64,000 bases of DNA from Camelus dromedarius (taxonomy: Eukaryota): assembly GCF_036321535.1 (NCBI RefSeq), contig NC_087472.1:93250001-93314000 (forward strand), read 5' to 3'. How positions within the stretch are numbered: the first letter of the stretch is position 1; every line of letters starts with the position of its first letter. The notes under the pieces are model-generated. The model was not told the origin of the DNA and made no database searches. It saw only the letters and a list, made by a program, of their open reading frames with translations. Made by a program: the position numbers and the translations under genes. Of the stretch, positions 62,455 to 64,000 are shown piece after piece.

Positions 62455-62545
62455 CAGTGGTTAAGAGCAGGGGTTCTAGAGTTAAAAGTCTGAATCATGC
62501 CTATTACACTCACTAGCTGTGTGACCCTGTAATTTCTCTGATCAA
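62455..62545 (+). mobile_element. MIR SINE 5' part
   Basis: 'cagtggttaagagcagggttctagagt...cactagctgtgtgaccctg'. Confidence 0.7.
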
Positions 62546-63669
62546 TGTGCACTCGGTAAACATTCACTGTTAAGTATTGTTCTCTAATTGAATATTAACA
62601 CAGAATGGAAACTTAAGAGATTATCCAATTTGATGTTTCCATTTTATGAAGCATGAAGTTAAATGTTCAAGGTCACAGAGGTGGTTATTTCTGTGTTTTT
62701 TAAAAAATGCAACAGAATAATTTATTTCTTAATTTCTTTTCAGTGCTTAAAATCCTATTTTTCTTTTCCATATTATATATTTACTGCTGTTCATGTTCTG
62801 TGAGAGGGAGCTTATTGTGGTCAGTTGTGCATGGATGAAAATATGCTTTGAATCGAAGCATCTTTCCTGAGTAATTAATACAAAGTAACAGGCAAATTCA
62901 GTCTCTTCACTTCAGGACTAAGATAATTGGCAGCTACCTGATAAAGTATTTTGCCCTGGACGAGTGTTCAGTAGGATTTAGCACAGTGACTGGGCAATTT
63001 CAGTCAATTTGAAATATTTTATTTCAATTTTTTTTGTTATTAGTTGCTAATTTCCAATGTAGTCCTTGAATTTATTCCATAACATTAAAAATAAGAACTA
63101 ATGTTAAATTATCTGATTTATATTCTACTAGATTTGTTGAATGCTGACAATATATCTGCACATTCATATATATATGATCATATTGAAATCTTGTGATTAA
63201 GTATCCTCATAAATAAAAGAGAATAAAGGAGAATAAAATGAGGATCAAATAGTTTGTTTTGTTGAAGGTTATGCAGCTAGTGAGTGGTGTGAATCTAAAC
63301 TACTTAGTTCAACTATGGGACTATATAACTTGCTAATGTAACATGGTAATCATCAACAAACCACATTGCTTTGAAAACCTAAGAATATATTTGCAATATG
63401 TCTAAAAAAAGTCATCAACCTAATCTACAACTTTCTTTTAGGTTAAATTCTCTAATAAAATGGTAACTTCTGCTAGAATCGACATGGGATGTCAGATTTC
63501 CACAGTGGTGTGGCATGTGCATTTTCTTGCATTTAGTTTTCTTTTCTTCTCTTTTGCCAAGACTCCAAACCAAATACCCAGCCAGTGAAGTTGCTCTGAA
63601 GAGAAAGGCAAAAGTGGCACTGCATTTTAACATATTTGTAGGTCAAAGGAAAGTTAAGTGAATTTTCAT

Positions 63670-64000
63670 ATATGGTCTTTACTCTGTTGAGATAAATTCC
63701 TTATGTATCTACTTTCTTCACAGAGTTTTTATTGCAAATAGATGGTGAACTTTGTCTAAAGCTTTTTTTTCGTCTACTGAGATGATCATGTGGTATTCTC
63801 CTCAATGAAGCAGTTTTATGATGGGCTGTCAAAGTCCTTGTCAGATAATTCCAATATCTGATTCATCTCAGTGTTGGCATCTGTTGATTTTTTTCCTCAG
63901 TCAAGTTGTGACTTTCATGGTTCTTGGTATAACAAATGATATTTTTATTACTATCCTGGACATTTGAGAAACTATATTGAGACTTTGGATTCTATTTGAT
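63670..64000 (-). mobile_element. Old L1 fragments (ORF2 piece, then ORF1-region piece) running off the window
   Basis: 'tctactgagatgatcatgtgg' and 'aaagtccttgtcagataattccaatatctg...ctcagtgttggcatctgttga'. Confidence 0.65.

Overview
This is AT-rich, CpG-poor mammalian DNA, intergenic or deep-intronic, and almost certainly from a camelid: it holds a tRNA-derived SINE matching the camelid Vic-1 family at 9192-9311. I found no host protein-coding exon or RNA gene. Every recognisable ORF in the track is a broken LINE-1 ORF1/ORF2 fragment or an antisense shadow of one. By my approximate boundaries about half the window is L1 of several ages. The rest includes MIR and L2 relics, MaLR (MLT1) LTRs, hAT and Tigger MITEs, a non-coding ERV1 internal region with a tRNA-Gln primer-binding site, and one young 461-bp solo LTR with a 4-bp TSD. 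I cannot support a new biological system here. The best candidates for a second look are a ~1.55-kb L1 derivative whose 5'UTR joins directly to the ORF2 end with both ORFs gone, the young solo LTR, a TSD-less internal L1 patch bridging two truncated older repeats, a four-layer L1 nest, a 33-bp microinversion, and a triple-tandem L1 ORF2 C-terminus. Subfamily names come from recalled consensus sequences, not a search, and boundaries of old elements are approximate.
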